A DNA stretch of 64,000 nucleotides from assembly GCF_000143415.4 (NCBI RefSeq), contig NW_003314264.1, positions 3,357,710 to 3,421,709 on the forward strand. The letters are read 5' to 3'. The position numbers were made by a program, and so were the translations under genes. Origin of the DNA: Selaginella moellendorffii. Taxonomy: Eukaryota > Plantae > Lycopodiophyta. Positions 22,245-35,288 of this stretch are shown here, in pieces (the stretch's first letter is position 1; the number at the start of each line of letters is the position of its first letter). Under the pieces are notes generated by a model, which ran no database searches, was not told where the DNA came from, and was given only the letters and a program-made list of their open reading frames with translations.

Positions 22245-24900
22245 TTATCATGAGATTGAACATGTGAAGCACTTGGACCAAATGCAAAAGCTAAATGGCA
22301 TAGATATCATTCACAGGGCTAGCATGTCCTCAAGTCTGGAATAGGACTTATGGAGATTGTAAGTGAAACTCCTCTAAGTGGTCAAAAGTGTAGTTAAGTG
22401 ACTAAAGTAAAATGGAAAATTTAGTTGTTTACATTCTGCTTATGACTACTTGACTCATTGGGTGGAAGTTAATGCTCTTGCTAATGCATTTGCAACTATT
22501 ACTAGATACTTCCTCCTCAATTGAGTGGTGTTCTAACATTCTTATCCTAAGTAAATTCTTTCAGATAATAGTTCCACATTTATGGCTGAGGCATTTTACA
22601 TTTTGAGGTCTCGATTAAAGATACACCACACTTTTATGAGTGCTTATTATATATAGTAAGATGGTTTGGTTAAGCAGCTCATTTAGACCTTTGAAGGCAT
22701 GATCGCAAAGTATATGAACTTTCAACTTTCGAATTAGAATGGTTATTTACCATCTCTTTTGTATACATATGTCATATGGGTGCAAAGTTCTATTGGTGCT
22801 TCACCATATAAAGTTCTATAGGGTCATGATCTGATACTACTAATGAAGTTGAATTTACCTTCCCGATTGCCATGAACTACTAATGTTAGGTCTTGTAATT
22901 AATATTTGACAAGCTTTCTTCCACTTTTCTAAGCAGAGTCTACCGAACATTTTGGCCACATACAAGTGGGACAACAATGGCAGTATAATGTAAAAAACCA
23001 ACTCCCTAAGATGTTGTAAACTAAAGGATTCCTAAAAATACGACCGAAATGATAAGGAGTTCATCAAATGAGACCGAGTCCAAGATCGAGTCCGAGACCA
23101 ACTTTGAAACCAAGTTTGAGATCAAGTCTAAAACCGAGTCCAAGACTGAGTCCAAGACCGAGTCCGAGACCAAGTCCGAGACTAAGTTTAAGACCAAGTA
23201 GTTCAAGACCAAGTCCGAGACAGAGTTAGAGACCAAGTCTAAGATCCAAGATTGGGTCCAAGATTGAGTCTAAGATCGAGTCTGAAATAGAGTTTGAGGT
23301 TGGGTATAAGATTGAGTCCGAGACCAAGTTCAAGGTCGAGTCTGAAATCGAGTCTGAATACTAATACAAGTTGTGGGGTGAAAGCACAAAGTGTGTGTTT
23401 CCCAAGGGAGCTACAGAGGGTTTCAAAAGTATAATAGAAATAGTGAGGTCCAGGAATAAATCTTAAAGGAACTCTTTAGTGGTGCTTCCAAACTAACTTG
23501 AGGTTGAGACTGGGGCTTAGAGGCTTTAGGTGGGAATGAGCATGGACTCGGGTGGTGCCAGACAAACCACCCAAGGAAGTGCTCAAAAGCAACTCCCACT
23601 CCCAGAAGGGAAACTAACTAAAGTGCTCCCAGCTCATATGGAATGATGCCCCACTTAAGTACCTTGTGGTTTATTGATCCTCGCCCTTCCTAGAGCTTGG
23701 GCTTTCCCTTTGGGATGGAAGTGGGGGAATAAAGATACCTATATCAGGCTATTAGGCCATAGTGTTTCCCCCCCGTGTCCTGAAGCAAGTGTTGCACCTA
23801 AGGCTTGAGATTTAAGGTGTCCTCTGATCAAGTCTTAAAGTACCAAGGGATGTTATCAACCTGGAGGCTTGGTGTGTTTGGTTGCTTATGCCTATGGGGA
23901 GTGCAATAGAACCTTAAGTCTAGTCTAACCTAGGGAGGGGGATTATGAGAGAATTTGGGAATTTGTGGATGGATAGATAACTCTCTATTACTTATATAGT
24001 GAGTTGTTGAAACTAAGTAGGACCAAGTAGGAGCTAGTACAATAGGCAGAAACCTTGGTGAGGGAATTTAACTAAAGCCAAGGCCATGGTGGTCGGATAG
24101 ATGAGGTAAGCTAACAAATTAAAAAGGAAAAATTTGTGGTTTATAATTTAGTATCAAAGCCTTTTCCTTAATTCTAGCGAAGGACAAAGACAGATTGTTG
24201 AGAGATGGGTAAAGCAGGGTGTAAAAGGAACCAAGGTAGAGATGGAACCTTTGATTAATTAAGAAGCTATGGATGAGGAATCTTTCAATGAGAAAGACGT
24301 TAGTGAGGAAACTTCCAAACAAGAGTCCGATGGTAAAGTTTGATTGTCCAAGGCTCTTGTCACGCTTTAGCTTGTGTACAAAGGTCTTTAGTAGGGCATT
24401 GATTTGTGCCAATTATCCTCAATTATCCTGAAGAGGAAGAAAATGCAAAAGACTATAGATGTTGGTAGTTGCACAAGGTGTGGACCCTTTGGCAAGGACT
24501 GAGGTGGAACCAAACAAAGTCGAACAAACCGAAGTGGAATTAATCCCTTAAACAGTTCCCAAGTACAAAAAGCCCCATCAGTCTTCAAGAAAGTAAATGA
24601 CTATAAGGTGGTAGAGGATTGGTTTTACAATATAGAGGATTACTTCCAAGCGTTGTAATTACCAAATTTGAAGAAGATCCCATGTGTGAAACCATACTTG
24701 GCAAATAATGCTAAATCTTAGTAGAGAACAATAGAGGCTAACGAAGGACTAATGGCCACTTAGGAAATGATGAAGGTGAAGATTTGCCTGATTTACGTTC
24801 CTTCAAATGCTACTTTGCACCTAAGGGATTAGTTGAATAAGCTGAAACAGATAAAAACCATTCAAGAGTATGTGAATGTGTTTATGGCATTCATGGCATT
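22245..24900 (+). mobile_element. Degraded LTR-retrotransposon sequence (integrase remnant, tandem-repeat region, gag remnant)
   Basis: Integrase-like WVEV..ILSDNSSTF..HHTFMSAYY (~22455-22800); gag-like DYKVVEDWFYNIEDYF (~24600). 22249-22430 is similar to 48895-49070. Confidence 0.7.
23040..23360 (+). repeat. Degenerate 12-bp tandem repeat (GAGTCCAAGACC-like)
   Basis: Repeated GAGACCAAGTCC / GACCGAGTCCAA units ending in GAATACTAATACAA, the same ending as the array at 47235-47470. Confidence 0.85.
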
Positions 24901-24944
24901 CATGTGAATGTGTTCAGAGGATCCTTGTCATGGACATAGGCCTT

Positions 24945-26660
24945 GAGCAAAGTTACATTTGCTCTCTTTAACATACAGTTTATGTTTTTTTAGTTTTTCA
25001 AACACTTTTGTCAAGTATTCGGCATGCTCTTTTAGCATCTTCCTATAGATCAAGATGTTTCAATATAGATACCCACAAAATAATCTAAATAGAGTACAAA
25101 AATGTGATTCATCAGCGCTAAAAATGTCATTGGTGCATTATACAGCCTAAAGGGCATCACTAAAAACTCAAAGCTTCCATACCTTGTCTGACAGATTGTA
25201 TTTTTGACATCTTCCTTTACTACCCTGATTTGAAAGTATCCTGACCTTAGGTCAATCCTCGATAAGTATTTTGCCTTTCCCAACCTATCAAACAAGTCCT
25301 CAATCCTTGGTAAAGGGTACTTCTTCTTCTTTGTATACTTGCTGAGCAACTGATAGTCTATGCATATGCACATTGAGCCATCTTTCTTTTTCATAAATAA
25401 CACCAGCACCTCATATAGCAACTTGCTAAACCTAATATACCCTTTTTCCACCAATTCCTCAAGTTGACACTTAAGCTCCTTGAGTTCCTTTTCGTTAAAC
25501 CAATAGGGGGGAGGAACCACTTCCTTAGCACCTTCAACCAATTAAATTTTATGTTCTATAAGTCGAGTGGGGGGTAACCCTGCCAGTAACTCCTCTGGCA
25601 TGGTATCTCAAAATTGATTTAACACCCATTAGATCACTAAAGGTATTTCTTTTATTTCTACCTTTGTGTCACTCCCCATTGAGAGTAAACACAAAAATGC
25701 TGCCTTAGTTGCTTTAGTGAGTTGTCCTCTCGTGAACACCATATTCAAGCAGGAGTCTTTGGCCTTACATTGCCCTACCTTTAGATCCTGGGCCTCCACC
25801 CTAGATTATTTTCCCCAAGCATTCGTCAATATCACCAGGTTCCTACTTTATCCATGCAAAGTTATTATAAATTGATTGAACCAATCCATCCTAAAAATTA
25901 CATCAAATTCCGCCATGTCTAACATGGTGAAATCCATATCTACTTTTTATATATCTACTTCGACTCTTGTTTGTCGAAATACTTTATTTGTGCTTTTACT
26001 ACCTTGAACAAACTCTATCATCTTTGGTTCACCCAACTACTACACTGTTAGTCTGGCTTGTTGGACTATATCTGTAGCCACAAAATTATCCGAGCACCCA
26101 TGTCAATTAGAATCTTAACAAAGTTACTTCCGAGCTTCCCTTAAAAGGCTAGTAAATATCGCGAATAACTCTTTATCAAAATTGTTCGTGTAATAAGTAA
26201 TTTTGAGCTAGGGATTGGATTATATACCTCAATTTAGATTTCACCTGATTTAATGACCATCTTGGCTTTGGCTTTCTTTGGGTAGGGACATTCTCTCAAA
26301 ATGTGTTTTGCTTCACCGCAGTTGAAGCATATATTGTTTCCCATACTACTAGCAGACTTATTCTTCTTGTCAATGGGTTTGTCCCTCTTTGCTTGATTCC
26401 CCCATGTACTTACTTACTGGCCACTGGATTTACCTCTTTAAAACTCTGAGGACTCATTTTTAGATAAACTCTTCTTGAACTTCCCTTTGCCATATGTCCC
26501 TTTTGGTTTTGCTCCTTTGCTAAATATGGACCCTAACCCCGTCCTTTCACATGTTATCATTGAAAGTTGCATTCAATGCTTCTTTGTAGTTGGTCAGGTT
26601 CCAATGCATCATATCACCTCAAGCCCATGTTTGTAAATCTAATATGAAAGCATGGAATGC
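24945..26660 (-). mobile_element. Degraded Ty3/Gypsy gag-pol (zinc knuckle, protease, RT)
   Basis: CFNCGEAKHILRECP knuckle (~26285-26330); [46 protein letters not shown] (25050-25541). Confidence 0.92.
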
Positions 26661-26749
26661 ATCCATATCACCCATGTCTATTGAGCAACTAGTAGTCTAT
26701 ACACATACACATAAATTTATTTTTCTTTTTCACAAATAACACATACAAG

Positions 26750-27156
26750 CTTACATTTGGTATTAGATAGGTCTCAGATTCAACTCCGTTGGTTGGCTAA
26801 GGGAATCACACCACATATTGATTGATATCTGGTAGGTCCAATTTGCTCCCAGTTGGGCTCGACCCAAGGGGTAGGATGTCAAGAGAGCGGGGCTCTCGGG
26901 AGAGCTGCAACTCTCAACTTCCGTTCACGAGGGTGTGAACTTATAAAGAAGTATGGTGGATTGTAAGCAACTAAAGGGAACGATTCGAAAGACAATCCAT
27001 AAAGGTTCAAATATAAAGAAAAAGGGCCCATGAACAAGAGTGCACCCCTTTTTTCAATCGGTTAAAGGTCTTGGGATATTTGGAGTTAAACATCCTTGGG
27101 TTTGAATAGTTCTAGGTTGGATGACCTCTTGGGAAGTCCAAATTCATGAACTTATA
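26750..27156 (+). mobile_element. Cassandra-like TRIM, 5'-truncated (PBS, internal region, 3' LTR 26962-27156)
   Basis: ..CTTACA followed by TGGTATTAGA PBS. LTR TGTA..TATA contains 5S-like GAGTTAAACATCCTTGGG..CTAGGTTGGATGACCTCTTGGGAAGTCC. Homologous to 47867-48412. Confidence 0.85.
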
Positions 27157-27214
27157 GGGATAAACCATTACCTTGGCACCCTTGACTAGCTTGATTTTAT
27201 GTTCTATCGATCAT

Positions 27215-28210
27215 GCAAGGGGTAACCCCGTTGGTAACTCCTCTTATATGGTATCTCGAAAATGGTTTGACACCTACTAGATCACTAAAGGTACTTTTTT
27301 TATTCCCGTTTTTTTGTCACTCCTCACTGAGAGCAAGCACAAAAATGTTACCCTAGTTCCTTTAGTGAATTGTCCTCTCATAGACACTATGTTCAAACAG
27401 GAGTCTTTAACCTTACTATAACACATGTAATCATGGGATGAGATTTGGATATATTGTCACCGTGGATCTTTAGAATTTCAGGGGATAAATGGGGATAAAA
27501 TAGCCACTAAAGGCTCTCTCATCAAGCAATTACCTCTTTTTCAATTAGCTTAAGAGGAGAGAAATAAGGTGCGCTACACTTACATTGCCCTACTTTTAGA
27601 TTCTGAGCCTCCCTAGATTGTTCTCCTTGGGCATTTGTCAATACAACCAAGTTCCTACCTTATCTATGTAGGGCTACCACAAACCAATTTAACCAATCCA
27701 TCCCGAAAATCACCTCAAATCCCACAACGTCTAACCTAGTGAAATCTATGTTTATTTTCCCTATCCTTACTTTAACTTTTACTTATCGAAGTACTTTATC
27801 GGTGCTTTGGTTACTTTGAATAAACTTTATAGTTCTTAGTTCACCCAGCCATTATATTGTTAATCCAGCTCGGACTATGTTTGTAGCCACAAAATTATCT
27901 AAAACACCTATATTAATAAGGATATTAACAAAGTTATTTTTGAATTTCCCTCGAAAGGCTAGTAGATGTTGCAAATGACTCTTTACCAAAGTTACTTGTG
28001 TTATGAATAATTTTGAGCTAGGGACTAGATCATATACGTTACTTTAAATTTCACCTGACTTAATAACTATATTAACTTTGGCTTTCTTCGAGATATTCTC
28101 TTGAAAAGTATCCCACTTCACTGCACTTAAAGTATATGTTATTTCTCACACTATTAGTAAATTTAACCCTTTTATCAGTGGGCTTGTCCTTTTTCACTTG
28201 ACTCCCTTAC
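27215..28210 (-). mobile_element. Second degraded Gypsy protease/RT-start fragment
   Basis: Direct paralog of ~25570-26410 (shared GGGGTAACCC, GATCACTAAAGGTA, GTAGCCACAAAATTATC, AAGGCTAGTA). Confidence 0.8.
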
Positions 28211-28379
28211 GAATGTGTCTCAATGATGGACTTCTTTGATAATAAATATTTCCTTTTTACAACATTAATTTATTATATCACAACATAAAAAATTTATCGC
28301 CTAAAAGATATATCTAACCTTTTTATCCCAACAAACAAAAAATCTTGTATCATGATTGTGAAATGCTGTGCTAGTAACA

Positions 28380-28921
28380 TATGCCCAATGCATGTATCTT
28401 AACAAATATTTGATACAATACCAGGCACAAAATCATCTAGTGGAATTTAATTCTATCTGCAACAGTGCAAAACAATAGTCTCCATGATGCAAAAGATTTG
28501 CTTGCCAAATTGCCATATCAAACGTTGCTGTATTGGAACACAATGATTGCTGCAACTTGGGCATCTTTCTGAAATAATGAAAATGTTTGACGAATGTGGG
28601 TGGACAACAGTGTTGACTGCTCACTTCCACCAGGCCAATCAAACGAAGCTCTCCCATAAAAATCAATGACGTAGTACCAGACGAGATATGCTTTGTGCTC
28701 GTGTTGCTCGCTTGTAGCCACGCGGCAATGTACTTCCAGTCGATGATGATGGCGGATTTTACAATCCAGTCCTCGAAGTAAAACTACTGCTGCGTTCTAG
28801 ACATGCTTTCGCGATCCTGGCATTTGAGCGAGGCTAGAGATCTCATCAAAGCCATGCCTTTCAAGGCGGATGCCTCGGACTGGAGGTGCTTGCTAGGAGC
28901 TAGCAGGTCGCCGAGAACGAT
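28380..28921 (+). pseudogene. PLS-PPR pseudogene fragment (E-domain end)
   Basis: PDEICFVLVLLACSH..YCCVLDMLSRS..EARDLIKAMPFKADASDWRCLLGASR with stops and frameshifts. Confidence 0.75.
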
Positions 28922-30772
28922 TCAGCCCAAGTAGACGTTCCTCAGCAGGACGTACCCGACTGAGCTCGCGGCCTCAATCTCGAGAACCAACTGTGACGCT
29001 CGAGCAGCTCCACGATCCATGACTTTGCTCTCCCGGCACGCTTGGAGGAAGCTCGTCCACACGGACGCGTCCGGGACGAAAGGCATGCTCGCGATGAGCT
29101 CCTCCGAGTCTCGCAACCGGCCGGACCGAGCGAGCGCGTCCACCATGCAGCTGTAGTGCTGCTTGGTCCCTCGCAGCCCAAAGTCACCGATCATCGAAAC
29201 GAGGCAGCATCGCCCATCCTCGGCTTTTCCTCGACGACTGCAAGCGATCAAGGCCGAGACGAAGCACACCTCGTCCACCATATCCAGCAGCTTCATCTCT
29301 CCAAACACGTCGATGGCTTCGCGGTAGCGGCCATTGTGAGCGTTGGCCGCAAGAACAGCGGCCCAGGCCACCATTTCTCGATCTGGCAGAGTCTCAAAGA
29401 TGAGGTTGGCGCTGCCGGGATCACAGTTGTGAGCGTAAGCCGTGAGCATTGCGTTCCAGGAGACGCTGTCCCGCTCGGGCATGTTGGAAAAAAGGAGCCT
29501 GGCTTCGGTGACATGCCCGTTCTGAGCATACGCCGATAGCATCGAGTTGGAGCACACAAGATCGTGCTCCGGGAGAGCATCAAACATTCTCTTCGCGTCA
29601 TGCAATCGTCCAGCGCGAGAGAATGCGGCCATCATGGCGGTAGAGAGCACAAGATCATGCTCGGGAATGGACTGGAACACCCCCGCGGCTTCTTCAAGTT
29701 GGTGGAGCTTTGCTCCTGGGATTTGGGAATAGGCTGTGAGAATCGTGGTCGCCGAGACGATGTTCCTCTCGGGCATTCGATAGAACAGCTCCCCGGCTTC
29801 GTGTAGGCGATTGCTGTCGACGTAGCCCGAGAGGAGAGCGTTCCATGAGATTAGATCCCTCTGCCGCATTCGATCGAACAAGAGCTTGCTATCGTCCACT
29901 CGGCCGTTTTGTCCGAACAGTCCCAACATCGAGTTCGACACCACCAGATTCCACTCGGGCATGGACTCGTAGAGTGACAGAGCTTCTCTCAGAGATCCCC
30001 TGTTTACAAGAGCGCTCACCATGGCTGCCCATGCAAAGAGATTTCTTTGTGGCATACCATCGAACAGTAGCTTTGCGTCCTCCAAATGCCCATTTTGGGC
30101 ATAAGCTCCGATCATAGCCACGGTGGTGACAAGATTGTGCTGATCCATCCGATCAAACACAGCCTTTGCTTCCTCTAGTTTTCCATTTCTTGCAAATGCT
30201 CCCAGAATTGCCGTGAACGTCACCACATTCCACTCCGGCATTCGATCAAACAACTCTACGGAATGTCGGGTTTGGGCAAGTACTGCTAGCATGGCGTTCC
30301 ACGTTACCAAGTTTCGCTGTGGCAGCAAATCGAAAAACTCTTTAGCCTCGGTAACGCGACCATTTTGAGCGTAGGCTGTTAGCATGGCATTGATGACCAC
30401 CTGATCCCACTCAGGCATCCGGTCATACACATCCTGAGCTTTATCAAGATGCCCATGTCGGGCATATGCAGCGAGCATGGCAGTCCAGGCCACAACGTTC
30501 CGGTCGGGCATGGAATCGAAGAGAGCTTTGGCGCGAACAAGATCTCCGTGCCGCGAGTACGCAGAGAGCATCAGCACCCATGAGCAGCAATCCGCGCCGC
30601 CGCTGCCCACGATCGTGTCGAAAGCCTCCCGGGCGTGGTCGAGGCTGCCACACGCAATGTAAGTCTCGATCACCTTGTTGGCGATGAAGGCGCTGGAGCG
30701 AAGGAGCTCCGGCGAGACAATGGCGCGGAGCTCCTTGGCACTCTTGCAAGATTCCATGAGCGCCAGATCCAT
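28922..30772 (-). CDS. PLS-class pentatricopeptide repeat protein (S-rich, E domain)
   Basis: 616-aa intronless ORF; repeated FDxMPxRNVVAWTAML motifs; C-terminal HYSCMVDALARSGRL..MPFVPD..W. Confidence 0.93.
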   Translation of the reverse strand: MDLALMESCKSAKELRAIVSPELLRSSAFIANKVIETYIACGSLDHAREAFDTIVGSGGADCCSWVLMLSAYSRHGDLVRAKALFDSMPDRNVVAWTAMLAAYARHGHLDKAQDVYDRMPEWDQVVINAMLTAYAQNGRVTEAKEFFDLLPQRNLVTWNAMLAVLAQTRHSVELFDRMPEWNVVTFTAILGAFARNGKLEEAKAVFDRMDQHNLVTTVAMIGAYAQNGHLEDAKLLFDGMPQRNLFAWAAMVSALVNRGSLREALSLYESMPEWNLVVSNSMLGLFGQNGRVDDSKLLFDRMRQRDLISWNALLSGYVDSNRLHEAGELFYRMPERNIVSATTILTAYSQIPGAKLHQLEEAAGVFQSIPEHDLVLSTAMMAAFSRAGRLHDAKRMFDALPEHDLVCSNSMLSAYAQNGHVTEARLLFSNMPERDSVSWNAMLTAYAHNCDPGSANLIFETLPDREMVAWAAVLAANAHNGRYREAIDVFGEMKLLDMVDEVCFVSALIACSRRGKAEDGRCCLVSMIGDFGLRGTKQHYSCMVDALARSGRLRDSEELIASMPFVPDASVWTSFLQACRESKVMDRGAARASQLVLEIEAASSVGYVLLRNVYLG

Positions 30773-31124
30773 GGCGCAAAAGTCTACATTTTCGAGCTAA
30801 GTCAAGCTTAGTCCTTGAGGAAGAAGCCAATGTGGAAACGTGTCGGATCCCGACAAACGCTGTAAGAGATCTCAAAATACAATTGTTCGACTACAATTGA
30901 AAGAAAAGTTCTAGTCCTCTTTCTCGATTGCCGAGCTATGGATGAGGTCACGGCACTGTGATTGCGCACGGCGACAAACCAAGACACCTCTCTCTAGAGT
31001 ATGGCTCCAAAACGCTCGCTCGCCATAGCTTTCGATCAATCCAAACGAGAGTTTGTTATGAGGCACAGGAACAAGCTCCGTCACGAGAGGAGGAGATTTG
31101 TACAAGAAAAGAGCTAAAACGACA

Positions 31125-32052
31125 CTAGACATTGATGGTCGAGGCTGCCCAGCTCGTCCCTTTTCCAAAGCTGCTCGATCCCCGCGGCGAGTACTTCTTG
31201 GCCAATTGATCCACCTTGAAGGTCGCACCGCAAATCTGGCCCTTGCTGTCCACGCGGGGCATCGGCTTCATCTCGTTGAGGGGGTGCTCGTAGCTGTTCA
31301 AGCCCACCACGCTCGCGAAGAAACATCCTGGAGTTTTGGCTGATCAGATCATCGCTCTCTAGAGAAAATCGTGCAAACCTTGCGGGAAGGGAGCGAACGA
31401 TTGACCGCAGCCTTCCTTGAGAAGCGTCGCATTGTCCGAGAAGCAGAGCGATCCATCGGCGGCAGTGCCCCAGAAGAACGGGACCTTGCCATGGGAATCC
31501 TGATCAAGGCGAAAGAAAGGGGGAGTTCTTAGCTCGAGGATCGATCGATCGAGGGAGAAATTGCTTACGCTGGCAGTGAAGACTCCTCGGGCCTCACGAT
31601 CATACAAGACAAAGGCGAACTGGCCACGCAAATCTCGCACGACTTGGTGCGCCGGATATGGTTCTCTGTCGCGCAGAGCCCTGTAGGCTTCGATCACGAA
31701 CAGCACCTCGCTGATCGATTTGGGGAGGCCATACGCTTGGCGCAGCGTGGGGAGATTCTCCAGCATGCCCTCGAAGAGGCAGAAGATGTTATCCACAGCC
31801 GCGAAGCTCCTGTAGCATGGTTAGAAGCTAAGCTTCCAAGAACACCGGAAGAACTTACCTGGGCCTCAGGAGAGCTTGCTGCGAGTGAGAATAGATCATC
31901 TTGCAATTCTTGTCTGCTTGGATCTGGACGGCCTGAGGGAACGCCCTGACGAATCCCTCCGCGAGCTCCACCGCGCTGCTGCCATTGGAGCTGTCCTTCG
32001 GATTAAGCTCCTGTGGAGCTTCCGCCACGGATTTGTGAAACACTGCCAACAT
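31125..32052 (-). CDS. Stem-specific protein TSJT1 / Wali7-like (DUF3700, Ntn-hydrolase-like), spliced
   Basis: MLAVFHKSVAEAPQEL; DNIFCLFEG.LENL..LRQAYGL; VIEAYRALRDR.PYP; FAPFPQG; MPRVDSKG..CGATFKVD. Confidence 0.92.
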
Positions 32053-32658
32053 GATTACCGCTCGATCGAATCCCTTTCCCTGATCGCCTGCGATTTGCCC
32101 ACGCAAATCACGAGAAGTTTACTCCCACGCACCCCTCGGATCACCAAAACCTTGCGTGGCTATGGCGACCGCACAAACGCACGAAGATTCCCTCTCTCCC
32201 CAAAGCTCTGGAGCCCTCTTTTAAAAGCGGGAAGATTCGGCCAGAGATTCTTACCAGGCTTTACCTTCACATCTCTTGATAAAGTTTATAGTGGAAGTTA
32301 CCAAGGCATTTTCTCTGTTCCGGTTGCCTCTTACCGGCAGCTGGATGCCCTAAACTGGCATTTGGGGGTGGGTGGCAGGGCCAGTGGAGAGAGGGACCAC
32401 GGCGGCCAGCAGCCAGGCGGCCGGCGAGGAGAAGCCGTGCCGGGATCGATTCTCGTTGTGGTTACGGCCGCATTGCCTTGACCTTATCCAGCATGATTGT
32501 ACATAAGGTGAAACGTGATGTTGACAAAAAATTTCAGTGTCACGATCTCGATCCAAATGTGGGACCCAGGGATAAAAAAATCTCTTCCTTTGCTTGTTCT
32601 AGCTACGTCCAACCATCGCTATAGTGTTGGGTGATCAACTATCTCGCTAACAAGCCAC

Positions 32659-32732
32659 TGCTTTCACTGAGAGTTGAACTCAGGACCTCCCGCTTACTAA
32701 ACGGGTGCTCTGACCAACTGAGCTATGAAAGC
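32659..32732 (-). tRNA. tRNA-Thr (anticodon AGT)
   Basis: Reverse complement GCTTTCATAGCTCAGTTGGTCAGAGCACCCGTTTAGTAAGCGGGAGGTCCTGAGTTCAACTCTCAGTGAAAGCA folds into a cloverleaf with A and B boxes. Confidence 0.95.
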
Positions 32733-32734
32733 TT

Positions 32735-33760
32735 ATCGAGATGGCCTTTGCTGGCAGGTCGAGAGCTCAAAGCTCAATTATGCCGAGAATGGGCAATCCA
32801 CCAATGCAAGGTTTTTGTTTGAAACCATGCCTATTTGCAACATTTTCTCCTGGTCTGTGATCCTCAAGTCTTACTCGGGATCCGGGCAGATTGAGCAGGC
32901 TAAGCAATTGCTCGACGCAATGCCCGAATGGAATGTGCTTATCTGGAACACGATGGTTGTAGGATAAGCCCAAACCGGGAATGTTTCGCGGGCAAGGCCA
33001 CAATTTGACGAGATGCCCCAAAGAAATCTCGTCTGCTGGACTTTCGATGATAACTCTCCTTCGCGGAGTCGACGCTCCAGGCAATGCCAGAATATGCGCT
33101 GGTGACGTGGAATTCCATGCCCCAGGTGTATGCCCAAACGGCTGCTGACGGAAGTTTTTGACGGAACGCCCGAAGTAAAAGTGATCACATGCAGCACAAT
33201 GCTGACGGTATATGCCCGTGCCGGGCATTTGGATCCATGTTCCAGTCAATGCCGGAGCAAAACGAGGTGTCCTGACGCGATATGCCGAGAATCTTGAGGT
33301 GTCAAATACTGTTTGACGAGATTCCAGAGCCAAACATCGTGACTTGGACGATCATTCCGGGCATCTCCGAGATGCCGAGAGAACGTTCAAGCACGTCCCT
33401 TGGCACGATGCAGTCGCGCTAAACGCAATGCTTCAGGCTTACGTCCTCAAAGGGAGAGACGACATGGTTTGACAAAATGGGATTTGCTTCGAGCGGGCAT
33501 TTGCATTTGCACGATGCCACGGAGGGCCTTCCTCGACCCTGCTACAGGCTTTTGCAGATCAGATTCGCGAGAAAAACCTTAGATTTTATGCCGGTTCCGA
33601 TCCGCGGATTGCCTGCTGCTCTTATGATACTGTCCAGCATGAGCACCGACGAGGACATTCACGCCTATCGAGATCTCCGACGCGCCTGCCTCCACGTCTA
33701 GACATCCAGCGGCCACACGCTGGGAGCTGCTGCGGGCGATACCCTCGCAGCCCATCTCGT
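32735..33760 (+). pseudogene. PLS-PPR pseudogene
   Basis: YAENGQSTNARFLFETMPICNIFSWSVILKSY..LDAMPEWNVLIWNTM, then stops and frameshifts. Confidence 0.75.
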
Positions 33761-33889
33761 CGGCATGGCGATCGAGGCGGCGCCTTCTAGACCCAAGAGC
33801 CCTAAAACCTATCTAGGGCTACAGCTGTTTCGTTGGCGCGGCGGCGGAAAAGAAGCGCTTCGAGGATCTGGGAGCTCCGATCGGCTGCA

Positions 33890-34204
33890 ATGGCGGCGCG
33901 CCATCAGGCAGTGGTGCCATCGCGATCATCGTCGGGTGACGACAGCCTGTGGGCACGGGTGAGCAACAAGGTCGTGCAATCGTCGCTGTACCACAAGTCG
34001 AAGCGCGCATTGTCCAGCGCCTCGTACGCCAGCAAGAAGCTCATGTTTAGCACCGGCAAGGCCGCCTGGATCGCGGGGACGACGCTGCTGGTTTTCGTGG
34101 TGCCGCTCATCATCGAGGTGGACAAGGAGCAGCAGCTCGCGGAGCTCGAGTCGCAACAGGCAACGCTGCTCGGTGGCGCTCCCCAGCAGCCCGGACCACC
34201 GTGA
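33890..34204 (+). CDS. TOM9: Mitochondrial import receptor subunit TOM9/TOM22-like
   Basis: SKKLMFSTGKAAWIAGTTLLVFVVPLIIEVDKEQQ is the plant TOM9 signature. Confidence 0.9.
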   Translation: MAARHQAVVPSRSSSGDDSLWARVSNKVVQSSLYHKSKRALSSASYASKKLMFSTGKAAWIAGTTLLVFVVPLIIEVDKEQQLAELESQQATLLGGAPQQPGPP

Positions 34205-35288
34205 ATGAGGCACGTAAGTTCTTCGTTCCCTTGTTCTTGTTCTTCTCTCGAGGATGATCTCTGGAGCTTTGCTCGTTCCTTGTTCTTCTCGAGGATGACC
34301 ATTTGATCTTTGCTTTCTTCCACAGGAAATGCGAGAGAGTTTTCAGTTTTCGCTGTAAAGAAAAGGAGAGAAAGTGACTTGGCAAAGGTTTGTAGTGGCG
34401 CAGGTCTTCCCGAGGCATAGTAGAAGTCTAGAGCATTCGAGGTGTAGTTTTTCCCTGTGCTTTTCTCTTACAGCTCTTCCGAGTGATTGATTCAGTGTGC
34501 GGACTCCGCTTTTCCTGCGGGGTGGTCCTTTCCTTTTGACAAGTTCAACGCAATAGTGTAAATCTCTAGTGGCCGGCAGCAGCAATCGCATCTCCAAAAC
34601 ATGCGAAGTTCTTCCTGCCGTTTGCGCAACTTGCCTGGTAGGCTGGTACACCAATATTCCCAATTTGCTCCTTCGGGCCGGAAAAGTATGGAAAAGTACC
34701 ACACCCAGAGAACAATAAGAGTGATGGACCAAACGAGCAGAAGAGAAAGCAAGAGATTCCAAAGAACCATTATACCTTGGAAATAGCATCTCGTTTAGCA
34801 GCCGTTGGATCCCTCATGGCTCAAGTCGGGATTAGGTCAAAAGGCCAAGGCTAAAAACATAACGCCCGACGGCATTAATTACGCCCCTAGGCGGTGACGT
34901 GCCGGAGAAGACCGACACGTGTCGCCTGTGCCGACGCGGCGGCCTGCTATTTGCGGCGCATGATCACGAGCGCGGCGGGCCAATCACAGGCCGCCGACGT
35001 CCGGGCCTCGTACGGAGAGAGGTTAGGTCTGTACGGCCCGGTAGTCCCTGCCAGGCTGGCACATATTCCGGGCAATTCCCAGCCGCCATCGCCAAAGGGG
35101 GGTTTCCAAAGAGTTGGACATGGCTCCCTATATAACTACCTCGCCCTGTCGCCCAGTGCTATCGTCAGTGATTGGGAATTTTTCTTTTGTGCGTGAGTGG
35201 CTTCTTCTTCTTCCTCTCCTCTGGGATACATTCCCATAGTGGGTGATTCTTTGGGCGATTCTTTCTCCGCTTCTTTTGATTCGTGGCT

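Noticed and set aside
23021-23236. SVLD-repeat ORF
   Set aside because: Translation of the 12-bp tandem array.
27080-27140. 5S rRNA gene
   Set aside because: Only the internal part matches, it is diverged, and it is embedded in an LTR; it is Cassandra-derived (same at ~47885 and ~48235).
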